Part shown: positions 1 to 7,744 of the stretch, piece after piece
How the letters are laid out: each line of letters starts with the position of its first letter
Position numbering within the stretch: position 1 is the first letter of the stretch
Source of the DNA: a bacterium
Lineage (GTDB): Bacteria > Methylomirabilota > Methylomirabilia > CAVQYV01
NCBI GenBank assembly: GCA_043800755.1
Contig: JAZDMQ010000163.1
Span: 1 to 21,416 of the forward strand
Direction of reading: 5' to 3'
Length of the DNA stretch: 21,416 nt
Program-made: the position numbers and the translations under genes
The notes under the pieces: generated by a model
Seen by the model: only the letters and a program-made list of their open reading frames with translations
Database searches by the model: none
Told to the model about the DNA's origin: nothing

Positions 1-47
1 CGTCTGCAAGGTGGGGCAGCGGAAGCATCGCGTGAGCGCTTTTCCTG

Positions 48-800
48 CTAAGAGCCTCGCTGTTTGTCCTCGATCTGGAAGATGGTGTTCTCCGCCTTCA
101 CCCTCAAAGCGGAATAATAGACCACTGGGGCATCAGGATTGGCCGGATCTGAAGGCTCTGGACCTTTTCCTTCCCATTCCGCCATCTTTGACTTCAGGAA
201 AGGCAGGACCTGGGCATTGTTTCCCATGGCCAGGATCTCCAGGGCTGATATCATCGCATAGTGATCCTTGCCTTGTTTCAGAATCTCCATGAGCCGCTCA
301 CACCACTGGGGGTCGTTCAGGGCATTGAGTAGATAGGGGACCTCCGACTTCTTCAGCCCATCGAGCCGATCGTATCGGCTCCAGATTCGATCCGCCGTAT
401 CCCCCGGCCCCATACTGACCAGAACATGGGCAACCTTCAGCCGGGTCTGGAAATCGGGGGTCCCGACGCCGAAATTGCCGAAGGTGACCTTCTTGTAGAG
501 CTCCGCGATCATGCCCTCCAGGACCGGGAGGGAGTTGGGGTCCTTGATCTCGCCGATGTAGGTGACCGCCCTTTGTTTGACCAGATGATCCCGGTCGAGG
601 ACCAGGGTGTCCTCGATGGCAGGGAGGGCCGCCTTGCCTTCCTTCTCGTAGAGGATCCTCAAATCGGCCAGGGGCTTGTTGTACCGTTCATCCCCAGGGC
701 CGTATCCCGCCCAGCAAGCGGCACAGCCCTCGGCCAGGCCTCCCAGCCCATGGGAGAGCAGCGCAATGAGGACCAGAAGCCAGACAAGGTGCCTTTTCAT
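48..800 (-). CDS. Exported HEAT/PBS-lyase-repeat-like protein with an N-terminal CxxC motif
   Basis: ATG at 800 follows a GAGGAG SD. Signal-like N-terminus MKRHLVWLLVLIALLSHGLGGLAEG is followed by CAAC, then HEAT-like helical units (VKQRAVTYIGEIKDPNSLPVL, TRLKVAHVLVSMG, SALEILAMGNNAQVLPFL). It starts 11 nt after the DUF3299 stop. Confidence 0.6.
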   Translation of the reverse strand: MKRHLVWLLVLIALLSHGLGGLAEGCAACWAGYGPGDERYNKPLADLRILYEKEGKAALPAIEDTLVLDRDHLVKQRAVTYIGEIKDPNSLPVLEGMIAELYKKVTFGNFGVGTPDFQTRLKVAHVLVSMGPGDTADRIWSRYDRLDGLKKSEVPYLLNALNDPQWCERLMEILKQGKDHYAMISALEILAMGNNAQVLPFLKSKMAEWEGKGPEPSDPANPDAPVVYYSALRVKAENTIFQIEDKQRGS

Positions 801-811
801 CGTCTCTCTCC

Positions 812-1375
812 TCAGCTTCCTTTCTCGGTTATGGCCTCGCAAAGGTCCCCTTCCATGCGGTAAATGAATCCCTCCTCAGGAGAGGGCTCCACCCGGAGCC
901 TCCCCACACAAGAGACCGGATCCAGCCGGCGGAAGGGGGTCGGCTTGGCCATCTCCACGAAGACATATTGATTATACTGGGGCTTGGGTCCGTAGCAGCA
1001 AGTCTGAGTGGAGCGGAGGAGGCAGAAGATCTGGATGTTCGCTCCCTCCTGCAAGGGATACATGAAGCCCATGATGCGGACCTTGCGGCCGTCCAGCTTC
1101 TTCACGCTCTCGGGTGGTGGGGAATTCTTCTTGGCATCATATTCCCACTTCATCAAGGAGGCGAAGGTGAGGGCCATCTCCTTTCCCGCATCCTCGCCGA
1201 CGGAGTTCTCGTCGATGCCGATCGTCTTGTGACCGGCGGGGCCCTTCTCCTCGATGATCCGGACCTTGCTCCCTTTCTTCTCCTCCTTCGCTATAGAGAA
1301 GTCCCAGAGGCCCTGGCCCAGCATGATCATCAGGGCCAAACTCAGAAACATCGTAAAGCGCAATCTGCCTTTCAT
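812..1375 (-). CDS. DUF3299 domain-containing exported protein
   Basis: LDGRKVRIMGFMYPL...FCLL...TCCYGPKPQYNQYVFV matches the DUF3299 pattern. Start moved to ATG 1375 (MKGRLRFTMFLSLAL, signal-like) because the ORF-track start at 1489 overlaps the upstream gene. Confidence 0.8.
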   Translation of the reverse strand: MKGRLRFTMFLSLALMIMLGQGLWDFSIAKEEKKGSKVRIIEEKGPAGHKTIGIDENSVGEDAGKEMALTFASLMKWEYDAKKNSPPPESVKKLDGRKVRIMGFMYPLQEGANIQIFCLLRSTQTCCYGPKPQYNQYVFVEMAKPTPFRRLDPVSCVGRLRVEPSPEEGFIYRMEGDLCEAITEKGS

Positions 1376-1421
1376 ACCCCTATCCAGCTTCCTTTCTGAG
1401 AGGTCAGCCTCTCTCATCGAA

Positions 1422-1946
1422 TCAGTGGTGCTCTTTCCCGTGCTCCTCTTTCTCGTGATCTCCATGTCCGTGCTTGTGCAGGGGGTCATATCCCTCAGGA
1501 TAATGAATAATCAGCTTCTCCTTGACTCCTTTGATCACCACTGAACCTGCGGCCTCGAACTCCTTCACCTCTTTGAGCCAGTCCGCACGGGCTACGAAGT
1601 GAGAGCAATATCCCATCTTCTCGCCCGCCAGCTTCATGGGATTCGCCTTGAGGACCAATTTCTTCTGCCCTTGGCCGGGGATCTTCACCATCAAGGGGAT
1701 CTCCGCCGCCTTGAGATGTACGGATCGGCCCGTATCCTGGCCGCCGCCAACAAACCAGACCTTCAGGGTATCCTCCACGACCAAGACCTCTGCATGGGCC
1801 AACTCCTTGCCGATCACGTTGAGGACCCCGTCGTGAAAAGCCTTGTGCCCGTGGCGCTCCTCTGCGGCTGCTGTTTGACCGATGAAACCCCATAGGACAA
1901 GGATCAGTATTGCCGGCAACATCAGGGCAAGAAGTCTCCTTCTCAT
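1422..1946 (-). CDS. His-rich exported putative metal-binding protein (positional analogue of ZrgA)
   Basis: AGGAGG SD; signal peptide MRRRLLALMLPAILILVLWGFIGQTAAA; N-terminal HGHKAFHDG and C-terminal tail HKHGHGDHEKEEHGKEHH; located between the ABC permease and DUF3299. Confidence 0.7.
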   Translation of the reverse strand: MRRRLLALMLPAILILVLWGFIGQTAAAEERHGHKAFHDGVLNVIGKELAHAEVLVVEDTLKVWFVGGGQDTGRSVHLKAAEIPLMVKIPGQGQKKLVLKANPMKLAGEKMGYCSHFVARADWLKEVKEFEAAGSVVIKGVKEKLIIHYPEGYDPLHKHGHGDHEKEEHGKEHH

Positions 1947-1974
1947 CTCTTCCCTCCTCCTATAGAATATTGAC

Positions 1975-3225
1975 TCAGGAAATGGGCGATAGATTCTTCA
2001 GGACCCCCAGGCGATAGGCCTGGAGGGCAGGCAATAGACTGGCCAGAAGACCTAAAAGGATTGCCCCGGGCAGGACCAGCCAATCGGTGCGACTCAGATA
2101 ACCGGCAGTAAAGGCAACCCCCGTCTCCACCTTGACGAAGTGAGCACCCACACCGATCAATCCGTGACCCAGGAAAAGACCCAGGATTCCACCCAGGAGG
2201 CTGATGATCAAGGCCTCGAAGATGACGAGGCCCATCACGGTCTTTCGGGTCGCCCCCAAAGCGCGAAAGAGAGCCAGATCCCTTCTCCTCTCCCGCAGGG
2301 CGGAGAGGAGGGAGAAGAAGAGAAAGAGGGCAGAGAGGACGGTCAGGATAGCGGCGATGGCGATCAGGACCCGGTCCACCCAACCGATGATGTTGAAGAG
2401 TTGCGGCATCACCTCATTGGGGACCACCAGCTGATTGCGATCCGACTGATTGATGGTGAACTTCAGATCCTGGATTCCCGGGTGCAGCGCCCCACCCCGG
2501 ATGCGCTTGACTTTGATGTAGGCCCCACTGATCTCCCGATATTCCATATCCTTCGCCATCTTCTGAGTCTCGACGGGATGGCCCGAAAGCACATAGAAGG
2601 CCTCTAAGGGGATGTAGATCGCCCGATCGTGAGGAGTCCCGGTGGGGGCCAGGATCCCCACGAATTTCAATCTATCTGTCTCATGGATAGGATCGCCCTC
2701 CCGGACACCACAGATCGGACTGAACTCGGTGCCGAGACGCAGGTTCAAGCTCCTGGCCGCCGCCCAACCGGCGACTGCCTCGGCCGGAGCACTGAACGCG
2801 CGCCCCTGGCCCCCGTCCCTGTCGGCGAAGGAGAAGCGCTTTCCGGGCAGGTATTCGAACTCGGTCAGGAATCGGGGGTCGATGGCATTGACCCGAAAAC
2901 CTCCGTAGGAGTGGCCGACGGCGAAGGGGATGGCCTGGACCACCAGGGGATGCTTCTCCACCTCCTGGAAATAGGTCCACTTGATCTTTCCCGGCATCTC
3001 CTCCAAATGATAGAGGGCGTTGAGGACGATCTGAAGGGGAGAGCCCTTGGGGCCCAGGATGGCATCCACTCCCAGTCCCACCTGGGTGAAGGTATTGTGG
3101 GTCTGTTCCTTGAAGGAATAGACAGCAATCAAAAGGGCAATTCCCAGGGCGATGCTGATGACCGTCAAGATGCTGGAAAAGCGATGGTGTTTCAGGCTGC
3201 GAAGCACGATGCGCCAGAAATTCAT
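1975..3225 (-). CDS. ABC transporter permease, FtsX/MacB-like
   Basis: Start MNFWRIVLRSLKHHRFSSILT at 3225 overlaps the ATPase stop (ATGA). One TM, a periplasmic domain (GPKGSPLQIVLNALYH), then ERRRDLALFRALGA and C-terminal TMs. Confidence 0.88.
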   Translation of the reverse strand: MNFWRIVLRSLKHHRFSSILTVISIALGIALLIAVYSFKEQTHNTFTQVGLGVDAILGPKGSPLQIVLNALYHLEEMPGKIKWTYFQEVEKHPLVVQAIPFAVGHSYGGFRVNAIDPRFLTEFEYLPGKRFSFADRDGGQGRAFSAPAEAVAGWAAARSLNLRLGTEFSPICGVREGDPIHETDRLKFVGILAPTGTPHDRAIYIPLEAFYVLSGHPVETQKMAKDMEYREISGAYIKVKRIRGGALHPGIQDLKFTINQSDRNQLVVPNEVMPQLFNIIGWVDRVLIAIAAILTVLSALFLFFSLLSALRERRRDLALFRALGATRKTVMGLVIFEALIISLLGGILGLFLGHGLIGVGAHFVKVETGVAFTAGYLSRTDWLVLPGAILLGLLASLLPALQAYRLGVLKNLSPIS

Positions 3226-3908
3226 GCTCGCCTCCCGGTCAGGCCTTGGTAGGCCTGGTTGAACTCGAGAAAGGTCACAGTCTTTTCGAAGAGGGCGATG
3301 ATCTCCCGCTCGTGGGTCACCAGCACCAGGGTGCACCCATATCGCTCACAGATGCCCCGCAGCAGCCGGAGGACATCCTCCTTGTTGACAGGATGCAATG
3401 AGGCGGTGGGCTCGTCTGCCAAAAGAACCTGGGGCCTATTCGCGAGCGCTCTGGCAACCGCTACTCTCTGCTGCTCTCCGGAGGACATCTGGGAGGGATA
3501 ATAGTGTAGGCGGTGGGAGAGCCCCACCTCGTCCAGCAGGTGCTTTGCTTCCTCCCGGTCGCTCTTGCGAGGCGAGAAGGTCATACCCATCAAGACGTTT
3601 TCCAGCGCCGTGTACCCCTGGAGCAGATTGAAATTCTGATAGATGTAGCCGATATACTGAGAGCGGAAATGATCCCTCTCCGCCTCCGACATCCCCTCCA
3701 AGGAGTGGCCGCAGACGGTCACCCTCCCCCGTGTTACCGAAAGCAGGCCTGCCAGGACATGGAGGAAGGTGGACTTGCCCGATCCGGAGGGGCCGAAGAG
3801 CGCAACCTGATCCCCTTTCTCCACCTCCCAGTGGGGCACATCGAGGACCTTCAGAGACTCCTTCCCGCTGTCAAACGCCACTTCTAAGGAATCAACCTCA
3901 ATTATCAT
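3222..3908 (-). CDS. ABC transporter ATP-binding protein (LolD/MacB-like)
   Basis: Walker A GPSGSGKST, signature MSSGEQQR, Walker B/D-loop LLADEPTASL, H-loop VTH. Likely start is ATG 3908 (MIIEVDSL); the ORF-track extension to 4034 does not look protein-like. Confidence 0.92.
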   Translation of the reverse strand: MIIEVDSLEVAFDSGKESLKVLDVPHWEVEKGDQVALFGPSGSGKSTFLHVLAGLLSVTRGRVTVCGHSLEGMSEAERDHFRSQYIGYIYQNFNLLQGYTALENVLMGMTFSPRKSDREEAKHLLDEVGLSHRLHYYPSQMSSGEQQRVAVARALANRPQVLLADEPTASLHPVNKEDVLRLLRGICERYGCTLVLVTHEREIIALFEKTVTFLEFNQAYQGLTGRRA

Positions 3909-4095
3909 TCCACCATTCCGATCATCCACTTGCCCAATGTATTGATGCAAAAAACCCCACCAGGGATCCTCTCGATGGAAGACAGACGGCCAGGGCCAGT
4001 TTCTTCGTCTCCTTTCGCCCAAAGAGAAGGACATGCATGGGGAAGGGAAGAACGAATTGCATTCCTGCCAGGGGATCTTCTTTACTTCTTCTTGT

Positions 4096-4287
4096 TCACT
4101 TCTTTTTGAGGACGATGCGATGGTTCAAGAGGTTGATCTCTTTGATCTCTGCCTCGATGACCTTCTGTTCTCCGAAGATATCCCGCAGGTAAAGCTTCCC
4201 ACCCTCCGGGCGGACGATGTCCACATCCTTCAGGTACAGATCCTCTTTCCCGTCCTCTTCAATGATATAGGCGCTGGCTTCGCACAT
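4096..4287 (-). CDS. cooT: CooT family nickel-binding protein
   Basis: 63 aa, MCEASAY...DIFGEQK...INLLNHRIVL, with the Cys2 and late His typical of CooT; ATG directly follows the DUF3842 TAA. Confidence 0.88.
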   Translation of the reverse strand: MCEASAYIIEEDGKEDLYLKDVDIVRPEGGKLYLRDIFGEQKVIEAEIKEINLLNHRIVLKKK

Positions 4288-4698
4288 TTAACCGATTAAC
4301 TCCTTTACCCTCTGCACCCCCATCTCGACCAGATGGGGGAGGGGTTCTCCCGAGACGCCGATCAATTCCAGACGATTCAGGGCCAGGGGCAGGAGGATCT
4401 TTTTCGCCCGGGCACTGCTGATCGCCTCCGCCATCTTGGGGGTCAATTCTCCCATCATCGAATTGGCCACCACGACCGCCATGGGCCCCAGGAGGATATC
4501 TGCTTCCTGGGCGACAACGGCGATGGCGTTCTCTCCCGAGGCCCCTCGATTGGCCCCTGCCTTCATCATCGCCGAGGTGGCAATCGCATTGGTCCCCAGG
4601 GCGATGATCTCGATCTCGCCTCCCAAGAGATCGCGCAGCCTCCTAATGATCAGGCTGCCGATTCCCCCTCCCAATCCATCCACCACCGCTAAAATCAC
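4288..4698 (-). CDS. DUF3842 family protein
   Basis: VVDGLGGGIG...ALGTNAIATSAMMKAGANRGASGENA...NSMMGELTP...KKILLP family pattern; GTG start with AAGAGG SD. Confidence 0.88.
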   Translation of the reverse strand: MILAVVDGLGGGIGSLIIRRLRDLLGGEIEIIALGTNAIATSAMMKAGANRGASGENAIAVVAQEADILLGPMAVVVANSMMGELTPKMAEAISSARAKKILLPLALNRLELIGVSGEPLPHLVEMGVQRVKELIG

Positions 4699-4713
4699 AG
4701 CCTCTTGGGCTCC

Positions 4714-4768
4714 GGCGGGGGGCCCTCCTGCCTTCTTCCCTTTAGCACAAGGACCCCCCGCCTGTCAA
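4714..4768 (-). promoter_or_regulatory. Candidate sigma70 promoter for DUF3842-cooT with an overlapping inverted repeat
   Basis: Minus-strand TTGACA (4768-4763), 18 nt, then TAAAGG preceded by an extended TG. 13-bp inverted repeat GGCGGGGGGCCCT (4714-4726) / AGGACCCCCCGCC (4750-4762) with 1 mismatch. Confidence 0.4.
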
Positions 4769-4781
4769 TGGTAAGAAAAAG

Positions 4782-6245
4782 CTAAAAAATGTGGAGTACC
4801 TTTCCCATGGAAACCACGAAGAAAACGGCATAGAAGACGGAGCACAAAATTACGACCGCCTCCCGCCACAGGGGGGCCCTCACCTCTTTGGGCAGGATCT
4901 TCCGGTTGACGATGATCACGTGGATGCCGGTGAAGGCAAAGATGAAGGAGGCAATGTTGGCCCCGATCATGATGAGCACCAATGGCTGGGCCAGCCCCAT
5001 GGCGAGGCATCCCCAGATCACGTACATCGCCAGGATGAAGTAATAGATGGTGCGCACATCCCCACCCCGCCACTTGCGGACTTTCTCACTCCCTGACCAC
5101 AGGGTGTCGGTGGTCAGACGAACGATGCCATCCAGGTTGCCCAGCTGGGTGGAGAAGAGGACCCAGAACCCATTGAGCAGGGTGAGGAACCAGAAAATCT
5201 GATACCCGGTATGGTCCATCAGGTACTTGGCCTGATAGGCCCCGGTGGCCAGGCCGGTCATCTTGGTGCCGGCCGGGACGACGGCAGCGGCGAGGTTCAC
5301 ACAGAGATACATCCCCAAGAAGCAGCCAATGCCCCAGATCCCATATTGATCCACGGCCAGGTATTTCATCCAGGTCCGCCACTTGGAGAGGTTTTTGTCG
5401 TTGATCTCAAAGACATTTCCCACATGAGAGAGCTTGACCGATGCCCCTCCCACTGCGCTGGGGATGAAGCCTACGGTGCTCCCCATGCCATAACCCTTGT
5501 CCCGCATCCAGTTGGAGATGAAGCAGTTGCCCATCCCCCCGGCCCCGGAGTAGGCGGCAAAGGCCCCCAGGAGCAGCCAGTTCGCCCCGGTCGGTAGGAC
5601 TCCAAATTTCAGAAACCCACTCGCCGTCCCCAAGGAGAATTTGAGCGGAACGAAGACGACATTGGCAAAGATCAGGAAGATGAAGATCCAGGCCACCATG
5701 AACCAGGAGGCATATTCGAGCGTGCGCTCGATCTTGCCCCCGAAGATGACGACGACCACGCAGAGGAAAAAGGTGAGATAGCCAAACATCAACATCAGCG
5801 GCCGATCACCGGCCACCGGGATGCGACCCATGAAGGCGGCAAACAGAGTTGAGGCCGCGGCTGCAGCCCAGCCCGGCCAGAGGTATTGGGCAAAGATGAA
5901 AAGGGAATAGACCCAACCCCAGAATTTAGGCCCAGGCTTGGTGCGCATGAAGCCGGTGATGATCGGCTCTCCCGTATACATGGTGTAGCGGACGAACTCC
6001 ACATTCAGAAATACCTGCAGGATGATCGCGACGGTGGTGATCCAGAGCAGGGCCGCGCCATACTGCACGATCGTCGCCGGCCCCAAGAGCCACTCCCCGC
6101 TTCCAATAGAGGTCCCCAGCAAAATGGCACCCGGCCCGATCACCGTAAGGACGTTCTTGAACGTAAAGGGGGGCGGTGCGGGCAAATCCTTCACATTATG
6201 GGGCGGAAGGGCCCCGGCCTGCACCTGTTTGGCTTTTTTGGTCAT
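4782..6245 (-). CDS. Nramp-superfamily (APC-fold) secondary transporter, non-canonical
   Basis: 487 aa with about 11 hydrophobic segments; GPGAILLGTSIGSGEW, RYTMYTGEPI, FSTQLGNLDG; lacks the DPGN motif of MntH; AAGGAG SD. Confidence 0.78.
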   Translation of the reverse strand: MTKKAKQVQAGALPPHNVKDLPAPPPFTFKNVLTVIGPGAILLGTSIGSGEWLLGPATIVQYGAALLWITTVAIILQVFLNVEFVRYTMYTGEPIITGFMRTKPGPKFWGWVYSLFIFAQYLWPGWAAAAASTLFAAFMGRIPVAGDRPLMLMFGYLTFFLCVVVVIFGGKIERTLEYASWFMVAWIFIFLIFANVVFVPLKFSLGTASGFLKFGVLPTGANWLLLGAFAAYSGAGGMGNCFISNWMRDKGYGMGSTVGFIPSAVGGASVKLSHVGNVFEINDKNLSKWRTWMKYLAVDQYGIWGIGCFLGMYLCVNLAAAVVPAGTKMTGLATGAYQAKYLMDHTGYQIFWFLTLLNGFWVLFSTQLGNLDGIVRLTTDTLWSGSEKVRKWRGGDVRTIYYFILAMYVIWGCLAMGLAQPLVLIMIGANIASFIFAFTGIHVIIVNRKILPKEVRAPLWREAVVILCSVFYAVFFVVSMGKVLHIF

Positions 6246-6308
6246 CTCACTCTCCTTTCCTGAATAAAGGCACCGCCTGATGAACTGGCGAGGGGTGGAA
6301 TTCTCAGA

Positions 6309-6338
6309 AACTTAGTCCCTTGGATGTGTATTTGTCAA
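6309..6338 (-). promoter_or_regulatory. Candidate sigma70 promoter for the Nramp-like gene
   Basis: Minus-strand TTGACA (6338-6333), 18 nt, TAAGTT (6314-6309), about 65 nt upstream of the ATG at 6245. Confidence 0.45.
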
Positions 6339-6416
6339 TCAAAAATTTGAAGCTTCGGGCAGGCAATCTGGAATCTCGCACCCATGGGCGCTTAGGGGCT
6401 TTGCGGGACAAATATA

Positions 6417-6444
6417 TTGACAAAGATCAACTCAAGGTTATAAT
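6417..6444 (+). promoter_or_regulatory. Sigma70 promoter for the emrAB-like operon
   Basis: Perfect hexamers TTGACA (6417-6422) and TATAAT (6439-6444) with a 16-nt spacer, upstream of ATG 6518. Confidence 0.7.
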
Positions 6445-6517
6445 TTACAGGTTTAGGTCAAGTACTTCTTGTAAAAGGGGAGGGACCAGCCAATTCCGCC
6501 CTTTCGGCGGACAAATC

Positions 6518-7744
6518 ATGGAAGATCAAGCAAGCTCCTCTGGTAACGGTGCTTCTAACGGGGCTCCCCCAGGGAGAAGTCGACAGAAAAATATCGTCCT
6601 GATCAGCATCCTCGTCGTCGCCCTCCTGGTTGGCGGATTCTTCGCCGCCAAGTGGTTGGCCTTTCGCCTTCATTATGTCTCTACCCAGGACGCCCACGTC
6701 GAGGGAGATTTGATTGCCCTTTCCCCTAAGGTCCCGGGGAAGATCGTGCAGCTTCCGGTAGAGCAAGGAGAGGGCGTTCGGGCCGGCCAACTGATCGCCC
6801 AGATCGAGAAGATTGATTACGAGGTGGCCTTGGCCCAAGTCCAAGCCTCGCTGGAGAGGAGGCAAAGTGAGTTCTCTCGGGCCCTGGCCCAGAAGAGCTT
6901 GACTGGCAAGCGAGTGGCGGGGGGTGTCGCCTCCGCAGAGGTGGCCCTGCGTCAAGCTGAGGATAACCTGCGAAAGGCCGAGGCCTCCCTGCAGGCAGCC
7001 AAGGCCAGGGTGAGCGAGACCAGCGCCGAGATGAAGAATACGGAGCGCCAGTATCAGCGAGGCCGGAAGCTCTTTGCGGAGGGGATCATCTCCGCCGATC
7101 GCGAGGATGAGCTGGCGACCGCCTTGAAGACCGCCGAAAGCCGACATGAGGCGGCCCTGGAAAATGAGAAAGAGGCTGACGGCGCCGTCCGGCTGGCCCG
7201 GGCCAGCCTCAGGAAGGCCAAGCTCGATCTGGACTTGTCGCAGGAGGAATGGGCCCAAGTCACCCTCCAAGATAAGGAAATCGAAGTCCTGGCAGCCAAG
7301 GTGAGGGAGGCGGAAGAGAAGGCCAAGGAGGCCCAAGTTCGTTTGGGGGAGACAACGATCCTTTCCCCCATTGACGGGGTCATCTCCAAGAGGATCGTGA
7401 ATCTGGGAGAGATGATCCAGCCGGGCCAACCGATCGTCTTCGTCAATAACCCCCATCAATGCTGGATTGTCGCCAATATCGAGGAGACGCAGATTCGCAA
7501 GGTTCAAGTGGGGGCGCCGGTACTGGTGAAAGTGGATGCCTATCCGGGCAAGACGCTTGCAGGAAAGGTGATCGCCATCGGCTCTGCCACCTCCTCAGAA
7601 TTCTCACTGCTGCCCGCTGATAATCCCTCCGGAAATTTTATTAAGGTCACCCGCCGCATCCCGGTTCGCATCTCCGTCACCTCCAATCCCGACACCCTCC
7701 GCCCAGGCATGATGGTCACGGTGGCCGTCCAAGCCAACTCATGA
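6518..7744 (+). CDS. emrA: HlyD/EmrA family membrane fusion protein
   Basis: N-terminal TM, STQDAHVEG, lipoyl halves (SPKVPGKIV...; SPIDGVI), coiled coil, FSLLPADNPSGNFIKVTRRIPVRI (EmrA signature). Start moved to ATG 6518 because the ORF-track extension spans the promoters. Confidence 0.92.
   Translation: MEDQASSSGNGASNGAPPGRSRQKNIVLISILVVALLVGGFFAAKWLAFRLHYVSTQDAHVEGDLIALSPKVPGKIVQLPVEQGEGVRAGQLIAQIEKIDYEVALAQVQASLERRQSEFSRALAQKSLTGKRVAGGVASAEVALRQAEDNLRKAEASLQAAKARVSETSAEMKNTERQYQRGRKLFAEGIISADREDELATALKTAESRHEAALENEKEADGAVRLARASLRKAKLDLDLSQEEWAQVTLQDKEIEVLAAKVREAEEKAKEAQVRLGETTILSPIDGVISKRIVNLGEMIQPGQPIVFVNNPHQCWIVANIEETQIRKVQVGAPVLVKVDAYPGKTLAGKVIAIGSATSSEFSLLPADNPSGNFIKVTRRIPVRISVTSNPDTLRPGMMVTVAVQANS

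Noticed and set aside
4082..4107. Imperfect 12-bp duplication encoding KKK-stop twice at the cooT 3' end
   Set aside because: Low-complexity purine run; too short to call an insertion scar.
6320..6517. N-terminal extension of EmrA in the ORF track
   Set aside because: It covers the divergent promoters; ATG 6518 gives a normal EmrA N-terminus.
6458..7507. 349-aa antisense ORF and the many other overlapping ORFs in the track
   Set aside because: These are expected shadows of GC-rich coding sequence opposite well-supported genes.
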